Source: an uncultured Bacteroidota bacterium
GTDB lineage: Bacteria > Bacteroidota > Bacteroidia > Flavobacteriales > Flavobacteriaceae
DNA length: 64,000 bases
Direction of reading: 5' to 3'
Assembly (NCBI GenBank): GCA_902528705.1
Contig: CABZTM010000002.1
Span: 1,892-65,891 of the forward strand
Both the position numbers and the translations under genes were made by a program. Within the stretch, counting starts at the first letter, position 1, and each line of letters opens with the position of its first letter. Positions 63,295 to 64,000 of the stretch are shown one piece after another. The notes under the pieces were generated by a model. The model searched no databases, was not told where the DNA came from, and was given only the letters and a program-made list of their open reading frames with translations.

Positions 63295-64000
63295 CTAACC
63301 TTTAAGAATATTGTTTATTAATCCAGTACAATACATCAAATGATTTTTAACCGATTTATTTGAAGAATATTTTTTCTGAGCTTTATTTAACTCCTTCCTC
63401 AAATCAATTAATACACCTAATGTTGTTGATCTTATATCAGATTCATCAACTTTAACTCTAGTTATGCTAGATGATGATCTAAAAAATGATGGAATATTTT
63501 GATTTTCTTTCATTAAATAACCCAACCTTTGAATTAAGGCTCTTTGAATATTACGTCTATAAATATCAATGTTTGAGTTGTTTTTTAATTCACTAAAAAT
63601 ACCATTTTTTAAATCCGTCATTAATTCATTTAATGAGTAAGCTTTTGACCCATTTAAAGCTTCATTTTCAATAACCCTGGCCAGTCTTCCAAAATCTAGG
63701 ATTCTGTTTAAATAGCTTGATTGAAGTCCTCTAACTTGGTCAATTGCACCAGCGAATTGAATTTTATCTAAGATATTTTTATCTATCATCCACTCGGGTG
63801 TTTCAAATAAGTTTTTGTTTAGGAATTTAATACAATTTTTTTGATGACTTTTTTCAACGTGACTGTAAACAGCTCCTTCTTGATCAGATGTTTTATAATA
63901 TTGATAAACACCACCAACATTAGTAGATACATGACCAAGGTATCTTCGAAATTGTGATAAAACTTGACCATAGAGATATTGGAGCTCGTCATAATTTTCA
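63295..64000 (-). CDS. C-terminal part of a large zinc-dependent metalloprotease-like protein; 5' end outside the window
   Basis: The minus-strand frame stays open from 63789 to the window edge, reading ...YLGHVSTNVGGVYQYYKTSDQEG...PEWMIDKNILDK.... The Met at 63789 is therefore internal. The C-terminal helical region (DIYRRNIQRALIQRLGYLM) resembles Bacteroidota zinc-dependent metalloproteases. The catalytic part is not in the window. Confidence 0.5.
   Translation of the reverse strand, partial: ENYDELQYLYGQVLSQFRRYLGHVSTNVGGVYQYYKTSDQEGAVYSHVEKSHQKNCIKFLNKNLFETPEWMIDKNILDKIQFAGAIDQVRGLQSSYLNRILDFGRLARVIENEALNGSKAYSLNELMTDLKNGIFSELKNNSNIDIYRRNIQRALIQRLGYLMKENQNIPSFFRSSSSITRVKVDESDIRSTTLGVLIDLRKELNKAQKKYSSNKSVKNHLMYCTGLINNILKG

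Overview
Dense, same-organism chromosomal segment of a low-GC Flavobacteriia (Bacteroidota) genome. The assignment rests on a gldK-gldL-gldM-gldN type IX secretion/gliding core, a PorP/SprF gene, a SprB-repeat protein with a gliding-type C-terminal domain, and repeated TAnnTTTG -7 promoter boxes. About 60 genes are ordinary housekeeping. They include rplU-rpmA, leuS, alaS, topA, groES-groEL, secG, purH-mreBCD-mrdA-rodA, lpxB, surE, truB, uppP, ftsX, miaB, greA, aat, era-der, aconitase and one initiator tRNA-Met. I saw no rRNA, CRISPR array, transposase, integrase, phage gene or recognisable defence system. Two regions look accessory. (1) 2.1-8.1 kb is a same-strand scavenging cluster with three parts. 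The first is PnuC plus an NadR-like kinase. The second is a poly-His small membrane protein plus a TonB-dependent receptor carrying two His/Asp-rich tracts. The third is a TPP riboswitch in front of a second TonB-dependent receptor. (2) 37.9-51.2 kb is an uninterrupted same-strand block: gldKLMN, a PorP/SprF adaptor, a ~1940-aa SprB-repeat adhesin with a type B CTD, and three tandem NTF2-like lipoproteins, closed by the first strong terminator. The least-described candidates are the His-rich two-gene metal module, the three NTF2-like lipoproteins attached to the T9SS/adhesin block, and an OB-fold DUF3127-like protein ending in an SSB-like DDLPF tip. Two more are a degenerate arginase-fold protein in front of gldK and a sensor-less sigma-54 activator embedded in a miaB-to-secG gene chain. 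All family assignments come from reading motifs by eye. No database search or folding calculation was run.
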